Positions 1-10,060 of a stretch of 64,000 nt of DNA are shown here, in pieces; position 1 is the first letter of the stretch, and each line of letters opens with the position of its first letter. Source of the DNA: Candidatus Izemoplasmatales bacterium (GTDB taxonomy: Bacteria > Bacillota_I > Bacilli_A > Izemoplasmatales > Hujiaoplasmataceae); NCBI GenBank assembly GCA_050949045.1, contig JBMNEZ010000001.1, forward strand, positions 480,001-544,000. The letters are read 5' to 3'. A program made the translations under genes and the position numbers. A model generated the notes under the pieces. It had not been told where the DNA came from, did no database searches, and saw nothing but the letters and a program-made list of their open reading frames with translations.

Positions 1-1211
1 GGAACGAACTCGGTAAAGTCGTCGGTTTCAGCGGCCGGGTCTACCAAGACTTGCCAGATGAACCAAAATATGTCAATTCGCCGTATACGGACATTTTCAC
101 AAAAGGTGAGATCCTCTACAACCTTGACAAGGCCCAGCAGTTTATCAGAAAGGAAAAGCGAATCGTCCTTTACGAGGGCTTCATGGATGTGATTGCTTCA
201 GTCAAAGCCGGTGTCAAGGAAGCTGTCTGTTCGATGGGAACCCAACTGACCTTGAAACAGGCACGACTAATCAAAAAATATACCGAAAAGGTCATTATCT
301 GCTTCGACGGAGACAAAGCCGGCATCGAAGCGACTGCCAAGGCCGCGGGCGTTTTGGAGGAGGCCGGTCTCGAAATCGGGATCGTCACCCTGCCCGAGGG
401 CCTCGACCCCGACGAATACGTCAAGAAGTATTCGCAAAAAGCTTTTCATGAATACCTTGAACGGAAAAAAACGGATGTCTATGATTTCCGCTACCGACAT
501 CTGGTCGGCCAGGTCGACCTCGATAAGCCGGCCGCCGTGGAACGTCTCAAGATAAGAATCTTCGATTATGTGATCGGCACCAATTCAGGGACGCTGACCG
601 AACTTTTCCTGACGAGGCTCGCCAAAGACTGCAAGGTAACCTACGACTCTTTGAGGGAAGACTACAACAACTACCTGATGACGCTCGCAATCCGCAAAAG
701 CCAGAAAGAAAGGCAGAGCGTCAAGACTTCTATCCCGGTCATCAACGGTTTCAAAGCCGCCGAAAACATCTTGATCAACTACTATCTTGCCTCCCCAGAA
801 TACCGCTCCCGCATCAACAATCAACTACCTAACGGAATCTGGCAAGACGCACTCAATCTTCAGATCGCTAGCGAAATCCGAGCGATCGACGCCGTAAATC
901 CCAACCAGGTCACAAAAGACAATATTCTCGGCAAGATCAGCTCCTCGTACAAGGAAAAAGTCGACAAACGGCTCTACGACTTCGATTATGATTATTCTGA
1001 CTTGGAATTCAGACACTGCCTGACCATGGTCAAAATCCGCGAACTCGACGATAAATTGAATGCTATCAAGCAGGAAATTGACCGACTCGATCCGGATTCC
1101 AAAGATGCTCACAACCGGCTCAATTTGAGAAAAACCGAGATTCAAAGAGCGAAAAACGTGTTAAAAGAAGGTTTGAAAGGAAAACCAAATGGACAAAAAA
1201 GACATTATTAA
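1..1211 (+). CDS. dnaG: DNA primase, 5'-truncated by the window edge
   Basis: Frame open from position 3 ([13 protein letters not shown]...PKYVNSP); TOPRIM motifs [24 protein letters not shown]; precedes rpoD. Confidence 0.97.
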   Translation, partial: NELGKVVGFSGRVYQDLPDEPKYVNSPYTDIFTKGEILYNLDKAQQFIRKEKRIVLYEGFMDVIASVKAGVKEAVCSMGTQLTLKQARLIKKYTEKVIICFDGDKAGIEATAKAAGVLEEAGLEIGIVTLPEGLDPDEYVKKYSQKAFHEYLERKKTDVYDFRYRHLVGQVDLDKPAAVERLKIRIFDYVIGTNSGTLTELFLTRLAKDCKVTYDSLREDYNNYLMTLAIRKSQKERQSVKTSIPVINGFKAAENILINYYLASPEYRSRINNQLPNGIWQDALNLQIASEIRAIDAVNPNQVTKDNILGKISSSYKEKVDKRLYDFDYDYSDLEFRHCLTMVKIRELDDKLNAIKQEIDRLDPDSKDAHNRLNLRKTEIQRAKNVLKEGLKGKPNGQKRHY

Positions 1212-2502
1212 CAAACTTGAGTCACTCTATAAAGAACAAGGCTTCATCTTGATTGACGACGTCAAAAAACTAGTGAAAGAAAACACGACCCAGTTCGACG
1301 AAATTCTCAGGGAACTCGAACGTGACTTGATTATTCCCGTTGAGAATGCCGATCTCGCCGAACTCGAATATGAAGAATACTTGCCGGAAGACGACCAGGA
1401 AGATGAGGAGGCCAAAGAAGACGAGGCCGAAGCCGATGAAGATGATTTCGTCGATCTTGACCAACTCTCCGACGAGGACATCACCGAAGAGGAACTCGTC
1501 GATTTTGACTATTCCAAGGAGATCGAAGAGGAGTTGATGCTCGAAAAGCAGTTCGATTCCAATGTTTCGATCAAAGTCGACGACCCCGTCCGGATGTATC
1601 TTAAGGAAATCGGTCGCGTCGAACTTTTAAGTAGCGATGAGGAATATGAACTCGCCACCCTGATCAGCCGAGCTAGAAAAGCCCGCGAGATCTATGACCA
1701 GAGGATTCTGGACAATGAACCGATCACCGCCGAGGAGCTTGCCGAATTCGAGGAATTGTTCAAACGCGGTGAATTTTCCGAGAAGAAACTCGTCGAGGCA
1801 AACCTGCGCCTCGTCGTTTCGATTGCGAAGCGCTATGTCGGCAGGGGCATGCAGTTTCTCGATCTGATCCAGGAAGGCAATATGGGTTTGATGAAGGCCG
1901 TCTACAAGTTCGACCACACCAAAGGCTTCAAGTTCTCCACCTACGCTACTTGGTGGATCCGTCAGGCCATTACCAGAGCGATCGCTGATCAGGCCAGGAC
2001 CATCAGGATCCCGGTTCATATGGTCGAGACCATAAACAAGCTTGTCAGGACCCAAAGAACGCTGACGCAGAAACTGAAACGGGAACCGCATCCGGACGAA
2101 GTAGCCGCCGAGATGAAGATCTCGGTCGAAAAAGTCCAAATCATCCAGAAGGTTGCCCAAGAACCGATTTCCCTCGAGTCTCCCGTCGGTGAGGAAGAGG
2201 ATTCCTCTTTAGGAGACTTCATCCCTGATCCCGACACACTCACTCCTTATGAATATACTTCGAAGGAAATGCTCAAACGCGAACTGGACTCCGTCCTTGA
2301 AACCCTGACAGACAGAGAGGAGAAAGTCCTCAGGATGCGCTTCGGTCTTCTCGACGGACGGACACGCACCCTCGAGGAAGTCGGAAAGGAATTTGGCGTC
2401 ACGCGAGAGAGAATCAGGCAGATCGAAGCCAAAGCCCTCCGTAAACTCCGCCATCCCTCGAGAAGCAAGAAACTCAAGGATTTTACGAACGGAAGACAAT
2501 GA
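1189..2502 (+). CDS. rpoD: Primary RNA polymerase sigma factor SigA/RpoD
   Basis: [73 protein letters not shown]; acidic region 1.1. Confidence 0.99.
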   Translation: MDKKDIINKLESLYKEQGFILIDDVKKLVKENTTQFDEILRELERDLIIPVENADLAELEYEEYLPEDDQEDEEAKEDEAEADEDDFVDLDQLSDEDITEEELVDFDYSKEIEEELMLEKQFDSNVSIKVDDPVRMYLKEIGRVELLSSDEEYELATLISRARKAREIYDQRILDNEPITAEELAEFEELFKRGEFSEKKLVEANLRLVVSIAKRYVGRGMQFLDLIQEGNMGLMKAVYKFDHTKGFKFSTYATWWIRQAITRAIADQARTIRIPVHMVETINKLVRTQRTLTQKLKREPHPDEVAAEMKISVEKVQIIQKVAQEPISLESPVGEEEDSSLGDFIPDPDTLTPYEYTSKEMLKRELDSVLETLTDREEKVLRMRFGLLDGRTRTLEEVGKEFGVTRERIRQIEAKALRKLRHPSRSKKLKDFTNGRQ

Positions 2503-3152
2503 TCAAACTCAGTCCGAGACTCGAGGCCGCCCTCGGATATCTTCCGGGATTCTCGGTTTTGATCGATATTGGAACCGATCACGCCAAATTGCCCATCGTA
2601 GCTGTTTCCCGTGGCTATGTCGAAAGAGCGGTCGCCGTTGACAATAAGACCGCTCCGCTTCGAAACGCCCAGAAGAATATCGATGCCTGTGGCCTCGGGG
2701 AGAAAATCAAAACGATCCTCGCGGAAGGTTTTCCCCTAGGCGAATACTTTGATGTCGCAACCATCCTCGGGCTTGGCGGCCTCACGATCAAAACCATTTT
2801 GGAGAAAGCTGACCTGAGTTTGGCAAAGCGGCTGGTCCTCGCCCCCCATTCGGACGCTTACAGCGTCAGGAACTGGCTGATGGCGAACCGTTATCGAATT
2901 GTCGACGAGACCTTTTTGATCGATCGCCGGAAGAACTACCAGATCATCGTCGCCGAGAGCGGCGAGATGGACCTTGACGAATTGGAGTTGGAGTTTGGTC
3001 CGGTGATCACGAAGAAAAAAGAACCGGCTTTCAAACATCATCTTGAAAAACTCATCCTTATCTATGATAAAGCCAAGACTGAGGCGACCGATCCAATGAA
3101 ACGCGAGGCGCTCGAAAAGCGTGTCGCCGTCTTGAAAGGAATGATTATATGA
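2499..3152 (+). CDS. trmK: tRNA (adenine(22)-N1)-methyltransferase
   Basis: KLSPRL...[22 protein letters not shown] motifs; usual rpoD-trmK-Nif3 order. Confidence 0.92.
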   Translation: MIKLSPRLEAALGYLPGFSVLIDIGTDHAKLPIVAVSRGYVERAVAVDNKTAPLRNAQKNIDACGLGEKIKTILAEGFPLGEYFDVATILGLGGLTIKTILEKADLSLAKRLVLAPHSDAYSVRNWLMANRYRIVDETFLIDRRKNYQIIVAESGEMDLDELELEFGPVITKKKEPAFKHHLEKLILIYDKAKTEATDPMKREALEKRVAVLKGMII

Positions 3153-3913
3153 ATCGCATTGAAGTCACCAAATACCTTGAGACGCTCTATCCCCGCGATC
3201 TCGCCTACGAATGGGACAATGTCGGACTCCAGATCGGAACCTTGAACAAACCCTTGAAACGACTGATGGTCACCCTTGATGTGACCAAGGAGGTCGTCAG
3301 GGAAGCCATCGAGCGTAAGGCCGATCTTCTGATCAGCCATCATCCGCTGATCTTTCAGCCACTTTCAAGCATTGCATTCGAGACTCCCCGTGGCAACATG
3401 ATCCAAAAATTGATTAAGCACGACATCGCTCTTTATTCAATGCATACCAACTATGACCTGGCTGACGGTGGCATGAACGACAATCTGGCCAAACTGCTGG
3501 AAATAAGAAATCCAAAACTGCTTGATCAAGAGGCGGGAATCGGCCGCTACGGCGACATCGATCCTAAGCCTTTGCCTGAGTTCATTGAGTATGTGAAGGC
3601 AAAACTGAAACTTGACAGCCTGAGGGTTGTTGGTGACGGGAATCGGCTTGTGAAAGTTGTCGGCATTTCCGGAGGGAGCGGCCAGCAACATATGTATCAA
3701 GCCAAAAAAAGAGGTTGCGATGTTTTTTTGACCGGCGACATCTCCTATCACAGCGCGCTCGATGCCCGCGAAATGGGCTTTACTTTGATAGACATCTCCC
3801 ACCATGCGGAAGTCTGGTTCAAAATCTTTATCAGCGAACTCCTGAGGGAAAGATTCCCCGATATCGAGATTTTCGTCTCCGAGGTCGATACCAATCCCTA
3901 TCAAAACTACTGA
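3149..3913 (+). CDS. Nif3-like dinuclear metal centre hexameric protein (YqfO/YbgI family)
   Basis: WDNVGLQIG, ISHHPLIF, HTNYD, SGGSG, TGDISYH, ISHHAE. Confidence 0.95.
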   Translation: MNRIEVTKYLETLYPRDLAYEWDNVGLQIGTLNKPLKRLMVTLDVTKEVVREAIERKADLLISHHPLIFQPLSSIAFETPRGNMIQKLIKHDIALYSMHTNYDLADGGMNDNLAKLLEIRNPKLLDQEAGIGRYGDIDPKPLPEFIEYVKAKLKLDSLRVVGDGNRLVKVVGISGGSGQQHMYQAKKRGCDVFLTGDISYHSALDAREMGFTLIDISHHAEVWFKIFISELLRERFPDIEIFVSEVDTNPYQNY

Positions 3914-4104
3914 GATGCTTTTGGGAAACATCTTTTCTTCTTTGCATTTCGTCTGTCTGTGGGAGCACACTTTGTTTCAGAAAGACTATGTCATGCGTAT
4001 GGAAGACGGAGTCCTGATCAAGATTGCGCCGCGTCACCGATTGCTTCAAGGGCTATCCAGCCGCTGAATATATAAACAAATCCTGTGTTTGGCGACTTGG
4101 CTTT

Positions 4105-4133
4105 ATAAAAAAAACAGCGCTGTGCGCTGCTTT
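4105..4133 (-). terminator. Intrinsic terminator of the ferredoxin gene
   Basis: CAGCGC-tgt-GCGCTG hairpin preceded on + by an A-tract (U-tract on minus). Confidence 0.7.
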
Positions 4134-4140
4134 GAGAAAC

Positions 4141-4308
4141 TTATTCGACGATGATACAGTTGGCCGGACAGTTGATTTCACAAACACCGCAGTCGATGCA
4201 CTGTTCAGGGTCGATCACGTAGATATCACCGGCGGTAATGCAGTCGACCGGGCAACTTTCTTTACAAGTGCCGCAGGCGATACAAGTATCCAGAATTTTT
4301 CTTGGCAC
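4141..4308 (-). CDS. Clostridial-type 2[4Fe-4S] ferredoxin (55 aa)
   Basis: Two CxxCxxCxxxCP motifs; GTG start 7 nt after GGAGG (the ORF-track start is over-extended). Confidence 0.95.
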   Translation of the reverse strand: MPRKILDTCIACGTCKESCPVDCITAGDIYVIDPEQCIDCGVCEINCPANCIIVE

Positions 4309-4485
4309 AATCATCCCTCCCTCAATCTTTGTGTTCGATACTATTTTAACAAGCAAACCCTGCTTTGTAAAGATTTTATCGGATAAAGAATCAAATGTTA
4401 TTTTTTTGTTCCTGCGAATGGTTTTCCGCTTGTCAGCGTTAGGTGGCTTATGATACAATGATAAAGACAAAAAGGAGTGGTGACA

Positions 4486-4701
4486 ATGCCCTTATGGTTA
4501 CAGATTGTTTTGCCGATCGTCACGCTTTTAGCAGGATTGATCCTTGGATTCTTCCTGGCAAAGCGCTTTTTCAAAAACTATCTTGACAAGAATCCCCCGA
4601 TCAACGAGCAGATGGTGCGGGCGATGATGTCGCAGATGGGCCGGACCCCTTCGGAAAAACAAGTCCGACAAGTGATGGCCTCGATTAAACAAAACAAATA
4701 A
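4486..4701 (+). CDS. yneF: YneF/UPF0154 family membrane protein
   Basis: N-terminal TM then KNPPINEQMVRAMMSQMGRTPSEKQVRQVM; AAGGAG RBS. Confidence 0.92.
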   Translation: MPLWLQIVLPIVTLLAGLILGFFLAKRFFKNYLDKNPPINEQMVRAMMSQMGRTPSEKQVRQVMASIKQNK

Positions 4702-4708
4702 TCTGACA

Positions 4709-4740
4709 AAGGGCCGCTCGATTGAGCGGCCCTTGTTTTT
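4709..4740 (+). terminator. Intrinsic terminator after yneF
   Basis: AAGGGCCGCTC-gatt-GAGCGGCCCTT followed by GTTTTT. Confidence 0.85.
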
Positions 4741-4942
4741 GAAAGATATTATTGGTAATCCTAATATCATAAAGAAACAGGAACTTGATTTCGGGGCGTT
4801 ATCGATCAGCGTTTATGAAGAACTCGGAGAATTGTATGCGTATTAGGCCGATACTTGGCTGAAATCAACACTTTTTTGCCAAATTGATGGATTTTTTTCT
4901 AGGATTAGTGTATATTAGATATCGATATCAAGGGATTATTTT

Positions 4943-5016
4943 GCAGGTGTAGTTTAATGGTAAAACCGTTGCTTCCCAAGCAACTGTTGGGGGTTCGATT
5001 CCCCTCGCTTGCTCCA
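4943..5016 (+). tRNA. tRNA-Gly(CCC)
   Basis: Acceptor GCAGGTG/CGCTTGC, anticodon arm GTTGC-ttCCCaa-GCAAC, GGTTCGATTCC T-arm, U discriminator, encoded CCA. Confidence 0.96.
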
Positions 5017-5080
5017 GCAACAGAAGTTGAACTTTATGGAGTTAAATATATGAAGACATCTTTGTAAAGGTGTCTTTTCT
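5011..5080 (+). repeat. Junction/left-end copy 1 (tRNA 3' GCTCCA + conserved motif + terminator)
   Basis: GCTCCAG-N7-AGTTGAA-N10-TTAAATATaTGAAGACATCTTT..AAAGGTGTCTTTT; gapless match to 9769-9838. Confidence 0.85.
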
Positions 5081-5270
5081 TTTTGACAATTGATTTTATT
5101 AATAATACTTATTGTATATTTGTAACAGCTGTTATTGTTTATCTGGTATATTTTGATGGTAAAATTATTTAAAATTCAACTATCAAGAAATTCTTGACAG
5201 TTTAAATTAAAGATAAAAAAGAGTAAAACAACACACAAAACTCTATTATAAAATAGAGGTGATCTATCTT

Positions 5271-6677
5271 ATGTCAACTGAAATCTATGTTGGTGAAACC
5301 AACTTATATGACAAAAAAGAAAAACTTGAAAGAAATAAAGTTAAATCTTGGTTAAAGAGTGTTTCTGCTTTTTCTAATAGTAATGGTGGGAAGATACTAT
5401 TTGGTGTAACTGAAGATAATGAGATTAAAGGTTTAGATAATTTTAAGAAAGATTCTGAATTTATTAGTGAAACAATAAAATCGAGAATAGATCCTATCCC
5501 TGAGTTTGATATGGAGATAAAAGAATTTAATGAAGGAACAATAATAATTTTATCAATTTTTGAAGGTAGAAATACACCTTATTATTTTATCGAAAGTGGT
5601 TCTAGAACAGCTTATAAAAGAGTAGGAAATCAAAGTGTAACTGCTACAAGTGTAGATTTATTAAATCTTACACTAAAAGGCCAAAAACAAACTTATGATT
5701 CTTTGTTATCTGATAAACATATTGATAATGTGACATTTAAAGAATTAAGAATAGAATACAATAATAGAAGTGGCTCAAATTTCGAGGAAAAGGATTTAAA
5801 TTCTTTTGGATTAGTTAATGAAAATGGAGTTTTAACTATTGCTGGAGCATTATTTGCTGATGGTTATCAAGTATATCAATCAAGAGTTTTTTGTACAAGG
5901 TGGAACGGACTTACTAAAACACATGGTTTATTGGAAGCTTTAGATGATCAAGAATATGAAGGAAATTTATTATATTTGTTAAAAGCTTCTTTAGATTTTG
6001 TGAAAAGAAATAATAGGAAGATGTGGAAGAAAGGTCCAGTATATAGAGTTGAATATCCAGACTATCCAGAAAGAGCGGTTCAAGAAGCAATAGTAAATGC
6101 ATTAGTACATAGAGACTATACTATTATAGGCAGTGAAGTTCATATCGATATATATGATGATAGAATAGAAATAGTATCTCCCGGTGGAATGTATGATGGA
6201 ACATTCATTCAAGATAGAGATATATTTAATATTTCATCTGTAAGAAGAAATCCGGTTATCGCTGATTTATTCGCAAGAATGAATTTAATGGAAAGAAGAG
6301 GTTCAGGGTTAAAGAAGATTGTAGAGGCTTATGAATTTGAGGAAAAATACAATGAAGAACTAATACCTGAATTTAGATCAACTGAATCAGCTTTCTTTAC
6401 AGTTTTGAAGAATTTAAATTACGAGGGGATAAATGTCGGTCAAAATGTCGGTGAAAGTGTCGGTCAAAATGTCGGTCAAAAATTGTCGCCGAAACAACGC
6501 CGTAAAAATATAATAGAATTAATCAAGGAAGAGCCAACAATTACAGCTAAAAATATATCTGATATCTTTAACTTAAACCAAAGAACTATAGAAAGAGATT
6601 TGGCTAAGTTAACTGAAGATGGTTATATTAAATATGAGGGTAGTTCTAAAGATGGTAAATGGGTTGTTTTAAAGTGA
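5271..6677 (+). CDS. Schlafen/AlbA_2 domain + RecG-C-like (HATPase_c_4) + C-terminal wHTH protein
   Basis: KSVSAFSNSNGGKILFGV, EAIVNALVHRDY, IYDDRIEIVSPGG, RRNPVIADLF, ERRGSG, C-terminal HTH. Confidence 0.88.
   Translation: MSTEIYVGETNLYDKKEKLERNKVKSWLKSVSAFSNSNGGKILFGVTEDNEIKGLDNFKKDSEFISETIKSRIDPIPEFDMEIKEFNEGTIIILSIFEGRNTPYYFIESGSRTAYKRVGNQSVTATSVDLLNLTLKGQKQTYDSLLSDKHIDNVTFKELRIEYNNRSGSNFEEKDLNSFGLVNENGVLTIAGALFADGYQVYQSRVFCTRWNGLTKTHGLLEALDDQEYEGNLLYLLKASLDFVKRNNRKMWKKGPVYRVEYPDYPERAVQEAIVNALVHRDYTIIGSEVHIDIYDDRIEIVSPGGMYDGTFIQDRDIFNISSVRRNPVIADLFARMNLMERRGSGLKKIVEAYEFEEKYNEELIPEFRSTESAFFTVLKNLNYEGINVGQNVGESVGQNVGQKLSPKQRRKNIIELIKEEPTITAKNISDIFNLNQRTIERDLAKLTEDGYIKYEGSSKDGKWVVLK
6432..6479 (+). 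repeat. Coding 12-bp tandem repeat x4 (NVGQ/NVGE/SVGQ linker)
   Basis: aatgtcggtcaa aatgtcggtgaa agtgtcggtcaa aatgtcggtcaa. Confidence 0.9.
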
Positions 6678-6781
6678 AAAGTAATTCAAACAAACATTGA
6701 ACTACTCACCTAGGGATGAACTTAAAAAAGGAAAACAGGTATCTCAAAAGTGCTAGATTTTACCTTGTTTTCCCACAGAAG

Positions 6782-6939
6782 TATCATTTATAGTAGTTTT
6801 GTGAATATGCCTTTGGTTGTATTAACTTTCCCTATAAAGCATATAAGAAGTACTCTGTTTTCCCCTTGGTGGATTTTTATAGTAATTATCGTTTTAAAAT
6901 CTTTTAAAACGGCTCCTTTAAACAATATATTGGCTTCCA
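6782..6939 (+). repeat. Cassette right-end repeat, copy A, ending in GGCTTCCA
   Basis: 6782-6921 aligns without gaps to 9618-9757 with 15 mismatches in 140 nt (counted by eye); weaker similarity extends about 50-90 bp upstream. Confidence 0.92.
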
Positions 6940-7053
6940 AAACAGTATTTAACTGCTATAATGTGTAAACTGAGATTTTAATTTTATTTAAGGCATTGTA
7001 GTGATAATAGATAATTATATATTTTTAGGCGCCCAACAAAAGCGCCTTTTTAT

Positions 7054-7122
7054 TATAATATTATCGGCAAATACAACAAAAAGATAATTATTTAATATTG
7101 TAACATTGCCGATAATATTATA
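7054..7122. promoter_or_regulatory. Perfect 17-bp inverted repeat upstream of the HTH-Fic gene (probable operator pair)
   Basis: TATAATATTATCGGCAA (7054-7070) / TTGCCGATAATATTATA (7106-7122). Confidence 0.7.
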
Positions 7123-7150
7123 TAATGAAAATATAGGAGAATTGAAAAAT

Positions 7151-8044
7151 ATGAAATATTTAAGTGTATCAGATATTGCAAAAAAATGGGGTTTATCAGA
7201 AAGAAGCGTAAGAAATTATTGTAATCAGGGAAGAGTACCAGGGGCTATCCTTTCTGGTAAAACCTGGATGATCCCTAGTGATAGTATTAAGCCAGAGCGA
7301 AAAGGAAAGAAGATCACTAAAAAAACACTTTTAGATATTTTAAAAGAAGAAAAGAAATCTAAACTTAAAGGCGGGATTTATCATAAAATCCAAATTGAAC
7401 TTACATATAACTCCAATCATATCGAAGGTAGTCGTCTTACACACGATCAAACAAGATTCATTTATGAAACTAATACGCTGGGACTAGAAAAAGAAGTGAT
7501 AAATGTTGATGATATTTTAGAGACAGCTAATCATTTTAGATGTGTGGATCTAATTATTGATAGAGCTAACTATAAAATAACTGAAAGGTTAATAAAAGAG
7601 CTTCATATGATATTAAAAAATGGGACTACTGATAGTAGAAAAAGTTGGTTTTCTGTAGGTAATTATAAAAAATCACCAAATGAAGTTGGTGGTGAAGAGA
7701 CAACTAAGCCTGAAGATGTTCAAAAAGAAATTAAATTGTTGTTAGCTTGGTATAATGATAAAGAAGTTATATCATTTCATGATATTGTTGAGTTTCATCA
7801 TCGATTTGAAAGCATTCATCCATTTCAAGATGGAAACGGAAGAGTGGGAAGATTAATAATGTTTAAAGAATGCTTAAAACATAATATTGTTCCGTTTATT
7901 ATTGATGAAAATCTCAAACTGTTTTATTATAGAGGATTAAAAGAATGGAATAATGAAAAAGGTTATTTAATTGACACTTGTCTTGCAGCACAAGATAAGT
8001 TCAAAAAATATTTAGACTATTTTAGAATTGATTATGAAAAATAA
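7151..8044 (+). CDS. Fic family protein with N-terminal excisionase-like HTH
   Basis: Canonical HPFQDGNGRVGR; inhibitory SNHIEG motif; N-terminal YLSVSDIAKKWGLSERSVRNYC; AGGAG RBS. Confidence 0.93.
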   Translation: MKYLSVSDIAKKWGLSERSVRNYCNQGRVPGAILSGKTWMIPSDSIKPERKGKKITKKTLLDILKEEKKSKLKGGIYHKIQIELTYNSNHIEGSRLTHDQTRFIYETNTLGLEKEVINVDDILETANHFRCVDLIIDRANYKITERLIKELHMILKNGTTDSRKSWFSVGNYKKSPNEVGGEETTKPEDVQKEIKLLLAWYNDKEVISFHDIVEFHHRFESIHPFQDGNGRVGRLIMFKECLKHNIVPFIIDENLKLFYYRGLKEWNNEKGYLIDTCLAAQDKFKKYLDYFRIDYEK

Positions 8045-8170
8045 ATAGCGCTTAATTTGTCCTTAAAATAGCCCAAAAGTATATATGAATGTCCTATTTT
8101 CTCTAAGACATCCAAATGTTAGTAGCTGTACACAGTTGGAAAGGAAAAAGCGATCCCTGTAAGGTAAAAC

Positions 8171-8386
8171 TTGACTGAAAACAAAACAATTATATTTACT
8201 ACACACAATCCTAATCATGCTCTTTATTTAGATGCAGACGTACTTGTTATTGATGATAGTGAAATAGTTTTAAATGGTAAAGCAAGAACTGAACTAACAA
8301 TCGAGAACTTACAAAAAGTTTATAGGGACACAATTGGTTTTAGTAAAAATCATTCATATGATGAATTTAGTATAAAAAGTGAATAA
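8171..8386 (+). pseudogene. 3' fragment of an iron/cobalamin-type ABC transporter ATPase
   Basis: Only the H-loop region and C-terminus remain (TIIFTTHNPNHAL...LTIENLQKVY); no Walker A/B or RBS. Confidence 0.75.
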
Positions 8387-9218
8387 ATATAAGTTAATTA
8401 TTGCGGATTATGGTAAGACTATGGTTCACACAGGAGAAGAAATAAGAATAGAAAATGTCAAAGCTATAAAGAAATATCAAGAAGCAGGTGGCTATTTTTC
8501 GATTGCTACCGGAAGAGAATGGTCATCAATTAGAAGAAAAATTGCCAGTTCTAAATTGTCGCAACTTGATGAAATGATGATAATTTGCTGTTATGGGTCA
8601 TTAATCACATTTAGCAAAACAAATAAAATCATTTATGAAGTTCCATTGAGTGAAAATCTAGTTATTGATTCTATTAATTATTTATCAGTATCAGAAAACA
8701 ACATTCCGTTTTCTTTAGTGAGCAAAGACAACACGTTAATAAAACATAATGTTGATGTTAGTTCATATAGATGGAAGCAATATAATAATAAAATTCTTTT
8801 TGATAATTGTGAATAGTTGATTAAATATGTTAAGGACTTAAAAATTAATATTTATAAAATCGATGTTTATTCACTAGAAAAAATAGAATTATTTAGTGTG
8901 TTTCTCGACAATAGATATCCTAATAAATGTAAGGCATATGTTAGCGATAAAAGATTTGCTGAGTTTGTAAGTATTGATGCAGGAAAAAATAATGCTTATG
9001 TTGCATTGAAAAATTACTATAAATTTGAAAATAGTCAAATAATAGTTGTTGGTGATGCTTTAAATGACCTTGGTCTATTTGAACATGCGACTAATAGAGT
9101 AGCTGTTAGTAATGCTATTAATGATATCCTAGAAGCAAGCACATATATTGTAGAAAACAAGGATTATTGTGGAATTTGTAGATTGATATATAAAATTCTA
9201 AAGGATGATGAAATATGA
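8379..9218 (+). pseudogene. Cof-type HAD hydrolase interrupted by an in-frame TAG (8814-8816)
   Basis: Motif I degenerate (ADYGKT), ATGR, then GDALND and AVSNA in the same frame after the stop. Confidence 0.8.
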
Positions 9219-9547
9219 AAATTTATAATGATTTTTATGGAGAAATCCCAATTAAACAAATAGGGAAAGAATTAAGAGAAATTGTAAAAAAAGAAAACAA
9301 GTCATTTAAGGTTCTTACAGGTTATGGATCAACATCTGGAATTTCGCAATCAAAGAACGCTGTAATAAAATCGTTATCAAAGATGAAAAGAGAAGGACTT
9401 ATAAATGGATTTTTCCCTGGAGAAGTTAAACATATGTTGCTAACCACAACATCCCCATATTATGAGTCAAAATTAAAATATGAAAAAGAAGTTAAAAAAG
9501 ATAGTGATTATGGAAATGATGGAGTAGTATTTATTTTTGTTACATAA
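9215..9547 (+). CDS. Small Smr/MutS2-like domain protein
   Basis: KVLTGYGSTSG and GNDGVVFIFV resemble the Smr IxGxG and GxxG-hydrophobic motifs. Confidence 0.55.
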   Translation: MKIYNDFYGEIPIKQIGKELREIVKKENKSFKVLTGYGSTSGISQSKNAVIKSLSKMKREGLINGFFPGEVKHMLLTTTSPYYESKLKYEKEVKKDSDYGNDGVVFIFVT

Positions 9548-9617
9548 TAGAATTAAAATAAGTAACATTTGAATTTACCTTAAAATGTCTCAAAACTACT
9601 GCGTTTTACCTTAAAAT

Positions 9618-9774
9618 TATCAATTATAGTAGTTTTGTGAATATGCCCTTGTGTGTGTCAACTTTCCTTATAAAGTATATAAGAAATACTCTATTTTCCT
9701 CTTGATGGATTTTTATAGTAGTTATCGTTTTATAGTCTTTTAAAACGGCTCCTTTAAGCGATAAAAAGGCTCCA
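9618..9774 (+). repeat. Cassette right-end repeat, copy B, ending in GGCTCCA
   Basis: About 89% identical to 6782-6921; preceded by two TTTACCTTAAAAT boxes (9574, 9605). Confidence 0.92.
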
Positions 9775-9838
9775 GTGATGGGAGTTGAATTCTCTTAAAT
9801 TAAATATTTGAAGGCATCTTTACCGAGATGCCTTTTTT
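9769..9838 (+). repeat. Junction/left-end copy 2 with terminator hairpin
   Basis: GCTCCAG-N7-AGTTGAA-N10-TTAAATATtTGAAGGCATCTTT..GAGATGCCTTTTTT; hairpin retained through compensatory changes relative to 5011-5080. Confidence 0.85.
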
Positions 9839-10060
9839 AAAATTTTAAATGATTGTTTTAAAAAATTATTGGTTTTATGAATTTTGAAGATAAGATGATG
9901 AATATTGATAACTTAAAGATTAAACAAAAAATATTGAACAAAAGTCCAATTAATTGCAAAAAAGTTCAATAGAAATTGATTTTAAATTACAAATGTTATT
10001 ATAATATAATCTTTATTTCCTCCAAATAATGTGATATAATACAATTAACTGGAGGCAATT

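Noticed and set aside
3915..4067. 50-codon ORF after the Nif3 gene
   Set aside because: No clear RBS or recognisable family; possibly a gene remnant.
6827..6854. dif/Xer-like site (TTTCCCTATAA-AGCATA-TAAGAAGTACT) within the right-end repeat
   Set aside because: The left arm resembles Firmicute XerC arms, but the right arm matches TTATGTAAACT at only about 5 of 11 positions.
6750..6968. 72-aa ORF over the right-end repeat
   Set aside because: No RBS, and the same frame has a stop in copy B; likely incidental.
8814..8816. Programmed TAG read-through (pyrrolysine) in the HAD gene
   Set aside because: No pyl genes in view, TAG is a normal stop elsewhere, and HAD motif I is also degenerate; simple decay is more likely.
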